A stretch of DNA of 64,000 bases. It comes from Bryobacterales bacterium. Lineage in GTDB: Bacteria > Acidobacteriota > Terriglobia > Bryobacterales > UBA6623. Numbering within the stretch: the first letter of the stretch is position 1; each line of letters begins with the position of its first letter. The position numbers were made by a program, and so were the translations under genes. Under the pieces are notes generated by a model. The model made no database searches and was not told where the DNA came from. It saw only the letters and a program-made list of their open reading frames with translations. Shown here one piece after another: positions 9,531 to 19,502 of the stretch. The stretch is from assembly GCA_963422375.2 (NCBI GenBank), contig OY729427.2, positions 1,408,001 through 1,472,000 on the forward strand, read 5' to 3'.

Positions 9531-11871
9531 GGCGGATGCGCATCAAGCTCCTCGTCGACAACCCGCGCTTGAACGAGATGGCCGGCGTGCTGGCCCTGCT
9601 GCTGGCGATCGGCATCCTTCTCTGCCTAGTCTCCTACTCGCCCGCGGACCCGTCAGTCAACGTGGCGACCCCCCGGGCGCGCCCGGTCAACTGGATGGGC
9701 CTGCCCGGTTCGTTCGGCGCCGACCTGATTCTCCAGTCCATCGGGCTGGCCGGCTTCCTCGTCCCGGCGGGTCTCGCGCTGCTGGCGCTGAAGCTCATCC
9801 GCAACGTCAAGATGGACCGCCTGCGACGCCGCGCCGGCGGCTGGGCGCTGCTGACCGTAGTCCTGTGCTGCTCCCTCCAGCTGCTGGACCGACCGGTCGG
9901 AGCCGTCCTGCCGTCCAGCTGGGAGTCGACGGTCCGCGCGGGAGGCGCGCTGGGCAAGGTGCTGACGGACGGATCCACCTCCGTGCTGAACCTCGGCGGC
10001 ACGATCCTGCTGCTGCTGGCCTGCACGTCGATCAGCGTTTACACGCTGACCTCGCTGCGCGTGGCGAATCTGCTGGAGCGGCGCGAGAAGCCCCCGCCGT
10101 CCGGCGACCCGAACGGAGATCCGTCGGAGGACGCGCCGAGCGCGGAAGGTGAGGCCGACGCCATTCCGCTCGAGCCCCGGGGGGACGGGACGCTCGACAC
10201 CGGGACGGGCCTTGGCACGCACGGCGGGATCGGCGGCGACCCGCCGTGGGACGACACCGCGGAAGGCGACGAGGACCTGCAGGCGCCTCCCCTGATCGTC
10301 CCGTACCAGCCCGGGGAGTCGACCCTCGAAGGCACCGTGACGGGCGGCGACGGCCGACTGCACTCGACCATAGCGCGGAATCCGTCGCTCGGCCCCGGAT
10401 CCGACAGGCCCAAGTACAAGCTCCCGCCCACCTCCCTGCTCAATCCGCGGTACCAGAAGGAACCCTACAACGAGGTCCAGTTGCAGGAAACGGCCCAGCA
10501 GATCGTCATGAAGTTCGAGGAGTTCCGCGTCGCCGGGACCATCGACAAGATCAGTCCGGGACCGGTCGTAACGACGTTCGAGTTCAAGCCGGACCGAGGC
10601 ATCAAGTACAGCAAGATCGTCAACCTGTCCGAGGACCTGTGCCTGGCGTTGGAATGCGAGTCAGTGCTGGTCGAGCGGCTTCCCGGCAAGTCCACCATCG
10701 GCATCGAGGTGCCGAACAAGAGGCGCGAGGTCATCTCGCTGCGCGAGGTGGTCGAGTGGCCGGCTTTCCGCAAGGCGGAGTCGATGCTGACGTTCGCGCT
10801 CGGCAAGGACATCAGCGGCAACATCCACTGCTCCGACCTCGGCGGCATGCCGCACCTGCTGGTCGCCGGGCAGACCGGCTCGGGCAAGAGCGTCATGGTG
10901 AACTGCGTGATCATGTCGGTCCTCCTGCGCACCACACCCGACGAGGTCCGGCTGATCCTCGTCGATCCGAAGACCGTCGAGCTGGCCCTCTACAGGGAGG
11001 TGCCGCACCTGCTCACGCCGGTTATCACGGACATGAAGAAGGCGACGAACGCGCTCAAGAACGCCACGCGCGAGATGGAGCGCCGCCTGCAGCTGCTGGC
11101 GCAGCACGGAGTGCGCAACATCAGCCAGTTCAACGAGAAAGTCGACTCCTTGCAGGAGCGTCGCGAAGACCGCGAGCCCGAAAGCGAACCGGAGAAGCTG
11201 CCCTACGTCGTGGTGATCGTGGACGAGCTGGCCGACCTCATGATGCTCGCCGGGCGGCAAGTGGAGGAATCGATCCAGCGGCTCGCGCAGATGGCCCGGG
11301 CCGTCGGCATCCACCTGCTGCTCGCCACGCAGCGCCCGAGCGTGGACGTTATCACGGGACTGATCAAGGCCAACATACCGGCGAGGCTCTCGTTCCGACT
11401 CGCCACGCGGGTCGACTCGCGCACCATCCTCGACTCGATGGGAGCGGAGTCCCTGCTCGGCAAGGGCGACATGCTGTTCCTGCCTCCCGGAACGGCCCGG
11501 CGCCGCCGGTTCCACGGACCTTTCGTGTCGGAGGAGGAGATCGAGGCCGTGGTGTCTCACTGGAAGGACCAAGCCAAGCCCGCCTACAAGAACGAGTACC
11601 TGGAGTCGCCCGACGGCGACCAGGAGGAATCGGAGGGGGACGGCGACGCCGGGTTCGACGATCCATGTACCGGGAGGCTGTGCGCCTCGTTCTGGAGATG
11701 GGCAAGGCGTCCACGTCCACGCTCCAGCGGCGCCTGCGCCTGGGATACGGGCGGGCCGCGCGCATCCTCGACGCCATGGAGCGCGACGGGATCATCGGGC
11801 CGCCCGACGGCAGCCGGCCGAGGGAGGTCCTGAAGAGGCCCGACTGGCTGGACGAAGCGCCTAGCGAGTGA
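9527..11871 (+). CDS. ftsK: DNA translocase FtsK, with a frameshift near 11663 just before the gamma domain
   Basis: N-terminal TM domain, PHLLVAGQTGSGKS, IVDELADLMM, ATQRPSVDVITG. The gamma domain (MYREAVRLV...ASTSTLQRRLRLGYGRAARILDAME) is in another frame that ends at 11871. Confidence 0.93.
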
Positions 11872-11953
11872 GGCCCGACGCCTGCGAGCTCCCCGGCGCC
11901 GCGCTGCGGACGCGTGCTCCGCTACGGGCGGGACGGGAAACGGTCCGCAGCGG

Positions 11954-12688
11954 TCATACTCCGGACCGCGCCGCGCAGACAGCGTGCGCGGCTGTCTCGG
12001 CCAGGTGCAGCGAGAAGGCGCCGCGGTAGCGGAACCGCAGCGCGGCGCCGTCGCGGATCTCGAGCGACAGGTCCGACACGGCATGCCGGTCCACTTCCCG
12101 CTCGCGTCTGGGCGGCCGCTTGGCTTCGGAAACGAAGACCGGAACGTAGTCGCGGCCGTCCACGAGGATGCGCTCGACGCTGTCGACCCGCAGCGCGACC
12201 TCCACCCGGTCGTGCCGGTCCCGGCGGATCACCAGCAGATGCGGCCCGCGAAGCAGCAAGTACACAGCGGTCCCGGCCCGCAGACCTTCCGCGTCGTCCG
12301 GCGGGTTCTGGCCGGCCCACTCCCCCCCGTTGAGAAAGTACTCGGCATGGTGCATGCGCTGGATCCGGCGCTCGCCGTCCGGGTCGGGGGTCCGGCGGAG
12401 CGCGACCGCGAGCAACGCCGCGAGCAGGGCCGGGAGCTTGCTCCATTCCGGGCCCAAGGCCGCGACCGCCGCGGCGGCGACGAGCAGCCCCGACCGGATC
12501 CAGTTCCATTCGGCGCGCCGCCGCAAGCGGCGAAGCCATGGAATGACCAAGACCGCCGAGAAGAGAGCCGCCAGCAGCCCTGCCTGCGGCCGGGAGAGGT
12601 CGCGCGCAGGCGACCCGCCGCGGTCCTCGCCCGCCCGCAGCGTCGGATCGGCCCTGCGAATCCTTGCCCGGGCCCCGCTGTCGCTCAC
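11954..12688 (-). CDS. Hypothetical membrane protein
   Basis: GTG start overlaps the glmM stop (GTGA); 2-3 hydrophobic segments followed by a soluble domain. Confidence 0.65.
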   Translation of the reverse strand: MSDSGARARIRRADPTLRAGEDRGGSPARDLSRPQAGLLAALFSAVLVIPWLRRLRRRAEWNWIRSGLLVAAAAVAALGPEWSKLPALLAALLAVALRRTPDPDGERRIQRMHHAEYFLNGGEWAGQNPPDDAEGLRAGTAVYLLLRGPHLLVIRRDRHDRVEVALRVDSVERILVDGRDYVPVFVSEAKRPPRREREVDRHAVSDLSLEIRDGAALRFRYRGAFSLHLAETAAHAVCAARSGV

Positions 12689-14028
12689 GGCCCCAGTTGT
12701 TTTCGGAACAGACCGGCGATCGCGGTGCAGTGACGCGTCACGTCGCTGGCGCGCTCGGCTTCGACCATGACCCGCACGACCGGCTCCGTGCCCGAGTAGC
12801 GGATGACGACCCGCCCGCGCCCGGCCAGCTCCAACTCGCGCTCGGCCACGGCCTGGCGAATCTCCGGCAGGTCCTCGAGCGGGCGCTTCTCGCGAACGCG
12901 GACGCTGACGAGCTTCTGCGGGAAGACCCGCAAGCGCTTCCGCAGCTCGCTGCACGGGACGCCCTCTTCCGCAAGGATGCGCAGCATCATGAGTAAGGTG
13001 AGCAGCCCGTCCCCGGTGGTCGAGAAGTCACCGAAGATCGCGTGCCCCGACTGCTCGCCACCGAGGGCCGCCCCCGAGCTCAGCATCTCGTGGACGACGT
13101 GCTTGTCGCCCACAGGGGTGCGCACGAGCTGGATGCCGCGGTCCTGCAGGGCCAGGTCGAGGCCCAGATTGGACATGACCGTGGAAACGACGAGGTTCTC
13201 GTGCAGCAGGCCGCGTCGCTTCATCGCCACGGCAGCCGCGAGCAGCACGTGGTCCCCGTCCAAGGGCTCGCCGGTCTCGTCGACGAAGAGGCAGCGGTCG
13301 GCGTCCCCATCAAGAGCCGCGCCGAAATTGGCGTCGGACGTCACCACCTCCCGCGCCAAGCGCTCCATGTGCAGCGCGCCGCAGTCCCGGTTGATGTTCC
13401 GCCCGTCGGGATCGCAGGAGATGTAGCGGACATCGGCGCGAAGCGCCTCGCAGGCCAGCGGCGCGATCTCGGACGCGGCGCCGTTGGCGCAGTCGACAAC
13501 GAATCGCAGCTTGCGCACGGACGCCGGCGGCTCGCAGGCCTGCAGCAGGTGCCGGACGTAGCGGAACGCGATCTCCTGGTCGTCCTCGAGCTCCTCCGAT
13601 GCCGGAACAGCCCCGTTCGCGAGTGCGGCGCCAATGCGATCCTCCAGCTCCGCCTCCATCTCGTCCGGCAACTTGTAGCCGAACGGACCGAAGATCTTGA
13701 TGCCGTTGTCCTCGAAAGGGTTGTGCGACGCGGAAACCACGACGCCGAGGGAATACTCCCCCTGCCGCGTCGCGTAGGCGACGGCCGGGGTGGGCACCAC
13801 GCCTGCGAACTCGCGCGCGACACCGCCCATGCGCAGTCCGCCCGCCAGGAGCATCGCGATGCGCGGCCCCGACTCGCGGGTGTCCATGCCGATCAGGACC
13901 TTTGGTCTGCGGTTCCGTCGAACCTGCGACGCGAGAGCGACTCCGACGGCAAACACGGTTCGGTCGTCGAGCGGGTACCGCCCGGACGTGCCCCTGATGC
14001 CGTCCGTTCCGAAGAGCCGATTGGACAT
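12685..14028 (-). CDS. glmM: Phosphoglucosamine mutase
   Basis: LFGTDGIRG, VSASHNPFEDNGIK, DGDADR, GGEQSGH, RYSGTEPVVRVMVE. Confidence 0.96.
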   Translation of the reverse strand: MSNRLFGTDGIRGTSGRYPLDDRTVFAVGVALASQVRRNRRPKVLIGMDTRESGPRIAMLLAGGLRMGGVAREFAGVVPTPAVAYATRQGEYSLGVVVSASHNPFEDNGIKIFGPFGYKLPDEMEAELEDRIGAALANGAVPASEELEDDQEIAFRYVRHLLQACEPPASVRKLRFVVDCANGAASEIAPLACEALRADVRYISCDPDGRNINRDCGALHMERLAREVVTSDANFGAALDGDADRCLFVDETGEPLDGDHVLLAAAVAMKRRGLLHENLVVSTVMSNLGLDLALQDRGIQLVRTPVGDKHVVHEMLSSGAALGGEQSGHAIFGDFSTTGDGLLTLLMMLRILAEEGVPCSELRKRLRVFPQKLVSVRVREKRPLEDLPEIRQAVAERELELAGRGRVVIRYSGTEPVVRVMVEAERASDVTRHCTAIAGLFRKQLGP

Positions 14029-14136
14029 AGCTAGCGGGGCCTAGCAGGCCGGGCGGCGCTAGCCCAGCCCATCCGATTGTACGACCTCGGGGCCCGTCTG
14101 GCCGCGGGTTCGGTACACTTGTCAGCCGGGCTCGCG

Positions 14137-15195
14137 ATGGCTGGCGACTTCAAGAAGCACCTGCTCCGAGGGATGCTGGCCCACTACCCGTTCGTCCTCA
14201 AGAACTTCAAGGCCTACGCCGGCAACCTCTACCGGCGCCGCGTGCTCGGATCCAGCGTCGTGGTGCCGTACTCGGCCATTTTCTACGCCACCCACAAGTG
14301 CAATCTCGACTGCTCGTACTGCACCCAGAAGAACCCGCAGGCGTTCAGCGAGGAGCTGGGGACGGCGGACACGATCCGGCTGTTCCACAACATCCACAAG
14401 GAAGTGGACACCCTGCTGATCACGGGCGGCGAATGCACCGTGAGGCCGGACATCGAGGAGCTCGTCATTGCGTCGCGCGAGGAAGTGGGCTTCCGGTCCG
14501 CGCTCGTTGTCACCAACGGCGTGCTGCTGAACGCGAGGCAGAGGATGCTGCCTTACCTGAACGGCTTGGTGTGCAGCCTGGACGCGATCACCCACGACCC
14601 GACCGAGCCGCTGTCGAAGTCCGCGACGGTTCCGCGGGTGATCGACAATCTGCTGCTGGCCAAGGAGTTCCTTCCCCCGCAGTCCATTACCGTTTCCTGC
14701 GTGCTCGAGCTGTGGAACCTGAAGGAGGCGGAGCGGATTCTCGAGTTCTGCGGCGAGCACGGATTCGTATTCTCGGCGCAATCCGCCCAGACCAACGGCA
14801 AGTTCCCGAATCTCGCCCTGCTGCGCGACCCGCGCTACCGCGGCTTCGTCGAGCGCCTGATCGAAATGAGACAGCGAAACACGGTGCGCATCAACGGCAC
14901 GCCCAAGCTGCTGCGCACGCTGCTGCTCTTCGAGGAATTCAAGTGCTACCCGACGATGTTCCCGCGGATCTACCCGAACGGCGACATATTCTACCCGTGC
15001 GAGGTGCTGCGAAAGATCGCCGGGAACGTCCTCGAGGACGGCTCGATTTCCGCGGCCTTCGAGCGGGGCCGCAAGCTGTACGGCGAGGTGCCCGAATGCA
15101 AGAGCAACTGCTTCCTCTTCGGCAACGTCCTCTCCTCCTACTACGTCGAGGACTTCTGGGGCCTGGCGGCCGACACCGTGGCTGCCCGCGGCTAG
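14137..15195 (+). CDS. Radical SAM protein with a Cys-containing C-terminal (twitch/SPASM-like) region
   Basis: CNLDCSYC (CxxxCxxC), ITGGE, VVTNG, SLD, then C-terminal CYP...YPC...CKSNC. Confidence 0.88.
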   Translation: MAGDFKKHLLRGMLAHYPFVLKNFKAYAGNLYRRRVLGSSVVVPYSAIFYATHKCNLDCSYCTQKNPQAFSEELGTADTIRLFHNIHKEVDTLLITGGECTVRPDIEELVIASREEVGFRSALVVTNGVLLNARQRMLPYLNGLVCSLDAITHDPTEPLSKSATVPRVIDNLLLAKEFLPPQSITVSCVLELWNLKEAERILEFCGEHGFVFSAQSAQTNGKFPNLALLRDPRYRGFVERLIEMRQRNTVRINGTPKLLRTLLLFEEFKCYPTMFPRIYPNGDIFYPCEVLRKIAGNVLEDGSISAAFERGRKLYGEVPECKSNCFLFGNVLSSYYVEDFWGLAADTVAARG

Positions 15196-15504
15196 GCTCG
15201 CTCCGCCGCTGCCGCACGACGTTCGCGATCTCCTGCCGGGGGACTTTCGCGAGATGGCCGGCTCCCAGCTGGAGGGGCGCGACCGCAATTTCCAGCCTTG
15301 GAGAGAGCAGCCAGCCCCTCTTCGGCGCGCGCAGTATCCCCTGCGACCGCGAGTGCGCACCGTCCCCGGCAGCCTCGCGGTGGCGTTCCCGCGCCCTGCA
15401 AGCGCCATTGCTACCGCGTGCCCTCGACGGCATCCCGATCCGGTGCTCCGACGGCGTTCGGCACGTGCCCGGCTCAGCGGCGGCACGCGGTCCGGCGACG
15501 GACG

Positions 15505-16506
15505 TCAGGTCGCGAATCCGTGCATCTCCCTGTAGATCGGCGCGTCGTAGCGCTGCGTCGACTTGAAGTGCTCGTGCCGACCGTCCCCGGCCAGCGGGGC
15601 CGCTAGAGCCATGATCCGCTCGCGTTCGTCCGGGGCGAGCGCGCGGAACCCGCGTGCGATCTTGACGTCGGCCATCAGCTGGTCCACGTTGAGGTAGCCG
15701 CGCACGATCGAGGAAACGGGAAGGCTCAGCGCCCACCGAACGCACATCTCGGCCGTGACCTGCGTCCGGCTCGGGATCTCGGCGTCGCGCGGGCCCCCTC
15801 CGAGGCATTTCATGCCGATCACTCCCACGTCCTTGGCCAGGCAGACCGGGATGACGTCCCTCTGGAACGAGCGGTAGAAATGGTCCATCGGGTTGATCGG
15901 CATCTGGCTCGTCGCCCATTCGAAGCCCTTGGCGAGCATCCTCGCGTGGATGCTCGGATGCTTGTGCCCGGTGAAGCCGATGAAGCGCACCTTGCCCGCC
16001 TTCTGCGCCTCCAGCGCGACCTTCAGCCCGCCTCTGTCGAAGACCCAGTCGGGGTCGTTGTCGTAGTTGATCTCGTGAAACTGCCAGAGATCGATGCGGT
16101 CGGTCCCGAGTCGGCGCAGGCTGTCCTCCAAGCACTGCCGAGCGAACTTCTCGTCGCGCCCCGAGTTCTTCGTCATCAGGAAGACCTGGTCGCGACGGCC
16201 CCGGAGGGCCTTTCCCATGAATTCCTCTGCGTACCCGTCGTGGTACATCCAGGCGTTGTCCCAGAAAAAGACCCCGTTGTCGAGCGCGGCGTGAGCGAGC
16301 TTCATCGCGGCCGGCTCCCCATCGTCCCGCGCCGCGCGCCCGAGGTGCGCCCCGCCCAAGCAGAGAATCGAGACCTGCTCGCCCGTTCGGCCCAGCCTCC
16401 GCGTCGGGATGCCCCGTCCGGCATCGTCCTGCGCGACCGACTGGGCCGCCAGCGCGGCGAGCGACCCGGCATGGGTCGAGCGGTTCGTCAAACTAGCGGC
16501 CGACAT
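15505..16506 (-). CDS. Aldo/keto reductase
   Basis: RRLGRTGEQVSILCLGG, FWDNAWMY, SLRRLGTDRIDLWQFH, GKVRFIGFTGH; start uncertain. Confidence 0.9.
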   Translation of the reverse strand: MSAASLTNRSTHAGSLAALAAQSVAQDDAGRGIPTRRLGRTGEQVSILCLGGAHLGRAARDDGEPAAMKLAHAALDNGVFFWDNAWMYHDGYAEEFMGKALRGRRDQVFLMTKNSGRDEKFARQCLEDSLRRLGTDRIDLWQFHEINYDNDPDWVFDRGGLKVALEAQKAGKVRFIGFTGHKHPSIHARMLAKGFEWATSQMPINPMDHFYRSFQRDVIPVCLAKDVGVIGMKCLGGGPRDAEIPSRTQVTAEMCVRWALSLPVSSIVRGYLNVDQLMADVKIARGFRALAPDERERIMALAAPLAGDGRHEHFKSTQRYDAPIYREMHGFAT

Positions 16507-16549
16507 CGACCACAGTATAGGCAATCGGCTCGGGCTGGCGCGCCCTCGG

Positions 16550-17032
16550 TCAAGAGCCCGGCCGGACCGAGGCGAAGAAGGCGCGTGGCTCGGCGCGGAC
16601 GATCTTCCACCGGCCCCGCTCCTCGCGCAGGCCCAGCACGACCGTTCCGCGACGCTGCTCGACCGGCCCCGGATCGAGCTTCGGAGCAAGCTGCAGGAGC
16701 CAGTCCACTTCCACCGTCCACTCGCCCGCACGTGACTGCGGAACACCGCTGGCGACGGAGGAGGCGATGCGCCGCTGCTGCGTCAGGGCGGAGACCTGGT
16801 CGCGGAACGACGCGAAATCCCGGAAGGCCCGCCGGTCGAATGCCGCGAGAAACAGCGGGGCGCTGCCCGATTGCAGCGCGCGGCTCGCGTCGCGCACCAC
16901 CCGCCGAATCCCGTCCGCGGCCCTCGTCTCCTGCGCGATCGCCCGCAGGCCCGCCGGGAGTGCTAGGAGCAGCAGGCGACGCGTCGAGGCCGCGACGCCG
17001 GCGGAATCGCCTCGGGCCCCCTCAAGCTTCAC
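16550..17032 (-). CDS. Exported hypothetical protein, possibly NTF2/SnoaL-like
   Basis: TRRLLLLA signal-like segment, C-terminal GRWKIV strand; overlaps the upstream gene. Confidence 0.6.
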   Translation of the reverse strand: MKLEGARGDSAGVAASTRRLLLLALPAGLRAIAQETRAADGIRRVVRDASRALQSGSAPLFLAAFDRRAFRDFASFRDQVSALTQQRRIASSVASGVPQSRAGEWTVEVDWLLQLAPKLDPGPVEQRRGTVVLGLREERGRWKIVRAEPRAFFASVRPGS

Positions 17033-17738
17033 GGACCGGGCTCCGTCCGAAGGCGTACTCAATCGCCTCTCGCGGAACCTCGTAGTCCGTATGGGATGAG
17101 TTGCCGACGAATCCGAGATCCTTGATTCCGACCGGGCTGGTGTAGTAGGCGTCGACGATGAGGCGTCTCGCCCATCCGAAGAAACGCAGCCCGCGACGCG
17201 CCTCGGCTGGCTCCCTTATGCCGAACACCGAGAAGCGGGCGTACTCTCCCGTCGCCCAGCGGGTCTCGCCGTCTCCGTAAGCGCGCTCGGCCGCAACCAA
17301 GGCGTCGAGAAGGGCGGTCTGATCGCTCTCGGCCGCGTCGGCGAATTGCTTCCCGCCGCGAGCGGCCGCTGCGGCGTCGAGCCAGAGGATGCCGCCCGTG
17401 AAGATGTCGGCCAGCTCGCGGTTCTGGCTGGCCAGCAGGTCGATGAACTCGGGCGCGCCGCCTTCGCGGGCGCTCGGCCCGCCCTCGTCGGCCGGAACGA
17501 CGAGCTCGGCGAGGCGCTCCAGCGCGCGGAACTCGCGAGCGTTGAAGTACTTGACGTCGTACTCCCCCCGGAAGGTCCGTTCGCTCTCGACCTCTGCGTG
17601 GACCTGCGCGCCGTCCGCTGGGTCGATGCCCTGCGCTAGGCCGGCAGCCGTGACCGCGAGCGCGACACGCCGCAGGACCTCCCGGCGCGACGGCGCCTGG
17701 AGCGCCTTGACGGAAACGAAACCCCGCTCGCTAGACAT
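17022..17738 (-). CDS. Gluconate 2-dehydrogenase subunit 3 family protein with a Tat signal
   Basis: SRREVL twin-arginine motif, LVVPAD...GAPEFID, DAYYTSPVGIKDLGFVGN; overlaps the GMC gene. Confidence 0.88.
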   Translation of the reverse strand: MSSERGFVSVKALQAPSRREVLRRVALAVTAAGLAQGIDPADGAQVHAEVESERTFRGEYDVKYFNAREFRALERLAELVVPADEGGPSAREGGAPEFIDLLASQNRELADIFTGGILWLDAAAAARGGKQFADAAESDQTALLDALVAAERAYGDGETRWATGEYARFSVFGIREPAEARRGLRFFGWARRLIVDAYYTSPVGIKDLGFVGNSSHTDYEVPREAIEYAFGRSPVREA

Positions 17739-19431
17739 TGCCCTTCCTCAATTCCTCGGCCAGGTACTCCGCGGTGCGCCACGAAAGGGCGTTGATCGTC
17801 AGCGTCGGGTTCTTGTCGGGGTTGCTGACGAAGCTCGCGCCGTCGGCCACGAACAGGTTCCTGACCTCGTGCGCCTGGCAGTACTTGTTCAGCACCGACG
17901 CGGCCGGGCTGTCCCCCATGCGCGCCGTCCCGACCTCGTGGATGATCGATCCCGGGACCGCGATGCCCTCGCCCTCCCGCGCCGTGTTGCCGATGCCGAG
18001 CACCTTGCCGCCGGCGGCCTCGATCAGGTCGCGGAACGTCCGCTCCATGTGGCGGGCCTGCTTCCATTCGTAGTCGCTGAACGAGAAGTGGAACCGGGGC
18101 ACGGGAATCCCCCAGCGATCGACCACTTCGGGATCGATATCCATGTAGCTCTGGTTGTTCGGGATCATCTCCCCGCGGCCCGACAGCCCGACCAGCGTGC
18201 CGTACGCTTCGCGCGCCCTGCGCTTCAGTTCCCGGCCGTACCCGGCCTCCCGGGCCAGGGCGCCGAAGCTTCCGGGGCCCGGCATGCCGAACCCGCCGCC
18301 CATCTCGATGTGGTAGCCGCGCGGGAAGTCGAGCTTGGAATGCCCGTCCCACAGCCACCACGGCGCGTAGAGGTGGGCCCCGCCGAATCCGTCCGTGTCG
18401 TAGCGCGGCAGGTTCTCCAGAGCGGGCAGGGTGCCCCCCAAGCTGAACCCGACCGTGTCCATCAGGTAGCGCCCGACCAGCCCCGAGCCGTTCGCGATGC
18501 CGTCGGGAAAGTGCTTCGACTTGGAATTGAGCATCAGGCGGGCCGTCTCGCAGGCCGAGGCGGCCAGCACGACCGCCCGCCCGCGCACGCGCCGCTCGGA
18601 GCGGGCCGCCTTGTCGACGTAGATCACTCCGCGGGCGAGGCCCCCGTCGCCGACCTCGACCGCCCGGGCCATCGAGTCCGTGATCACCGTGACGTTTCCG
18701 GTCTCCACGGCGGGGAACACGTCGATCTGCGACGCGGAGTAGTTCGAGGCCGTCAGGCAGCCCCGGCCGCACTGCCCGCAGTAATGGCAGGCCGCACGCC
18801 CGTTGATCGAGCGGGTGATCACGGCGCGCCGGTTGGCGATGAACGGAACGCCGAGCTTCCGGCCAGCCGCGCGGATCAGACGCTCGTGAACCTTCGGCGC
18901 GGGCGGATCGTGAAACTTGCCGTCGGGGGCGCTGGGGATGCCCTCGACCGTCCCCGTGACGCCGATGTACTCCTCGGCCCGGTCGTACCACGGCGCGATG
19001 TCCTCGTAGGAGATCGGCCAGTCCCGACCGATGCCGTCGCGGGAGTACGGCTTGAAGTCCATTTCCGAGAAGCGGAAAGACATCCTCCCGTAGTGGTTGG
19101 TGCGGCCGCCGACAACGCGCGAGCGGAACCACTCGAAGCGAGTTCCCGGAGCCGACGTGTAGGGCTCGCCCTCCAGCTGCCACCCGCCACTGACGGTCGT
19201 GAAGAAGCCGTAGGCCGTGCCCCTGCCGAAATAGGCCCTGCCTCCGTCCTCGGCCCCGCGATGGCCGTAGTCGTGAGGCCACTTGTGGGTCTTGAAATCG
19301 TTCCGCGGGTCGATCATGGGCCCGGCCTCGAGCAGGGCCACCTTCGCGCCCCGCTCGCCTAGAACGCGGGCCATCGTGCCGCCGCCGGCCCCCGCGCCGA
19401 CCACGATCACGTCGTAATCCTTCTCCGCCAC
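17731..19431 (-). CDS. GMC family flavoprotein oxidoreductase (glucoside 3-dehydrogenase-like)
   Basis: DVIVVGAGAGG, VGGRTNHYG, CHYCGQCGRGC, IHEVGTARMG, NLFVADG, KNPTLTINAL. Confidence 0.93.
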   Translation of the reverse strand: MAEKDYDVIVVGAGAGGGTMARVLGERGAKVALLEAGPMIDPRNDFKTHKWPHDYGHRGAEDGGRAYFGRGTAYGFFTTVSGGWQLEGEPYTSAPGTRFEWFRSRVVGGRTNHYGRMSFRFSEMDFKPYSRDGIGRDWPISYEDIAPWYDRAEEYIGVTGTVEGIPSAPDGKFHDPPAPKVHERLIRAAGRKLGVPFIANRRAVITRSINGRAACHYCGQCGRGCLTASNYSASQIDVFPAVETGNVTVITDSMARAVEVGDGGLARGVIYVDKAARSERRVRGRAVVLAASACETARLMLNSKSKHFPDGIANGSGLVGRYLMDTVGFSLGGTLPALENLPRYDTDGFGGAHLYAPWWLWDGHSKLDFPRGYHIEMGGGFGMPGPGSFGALAREAGYGRELKRRAREAYGTLVGLSGRGEMIPNNQSYMDIDPEVVDRWGIPVPRFHFSFSDYEWKQARHMERTFRDLIEAAGGKVLGIGNTAREGEGIAVPGSIIHEVGTARMGDSPAASVLNKYCQAHEVRNLFVADGASFVSNPDKNPTLTINALSWRTAEYLAEELRKGNV

Positions 19432-19502
19432 TGCCGTTCGCTTCCTTCCTGCCGGGCCGCGCCCGGCTCCTACCGGACCGCGCGAGACGCGCGAGACCCG
19501 GA

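Noticed and set aside
15196..15504. Short ORFs downstream of the radical SAM gene as a RiPP precursor
   Set aside because: There is no convincing RBS or leader/core pattern, and the composition matches random high-GC frames.
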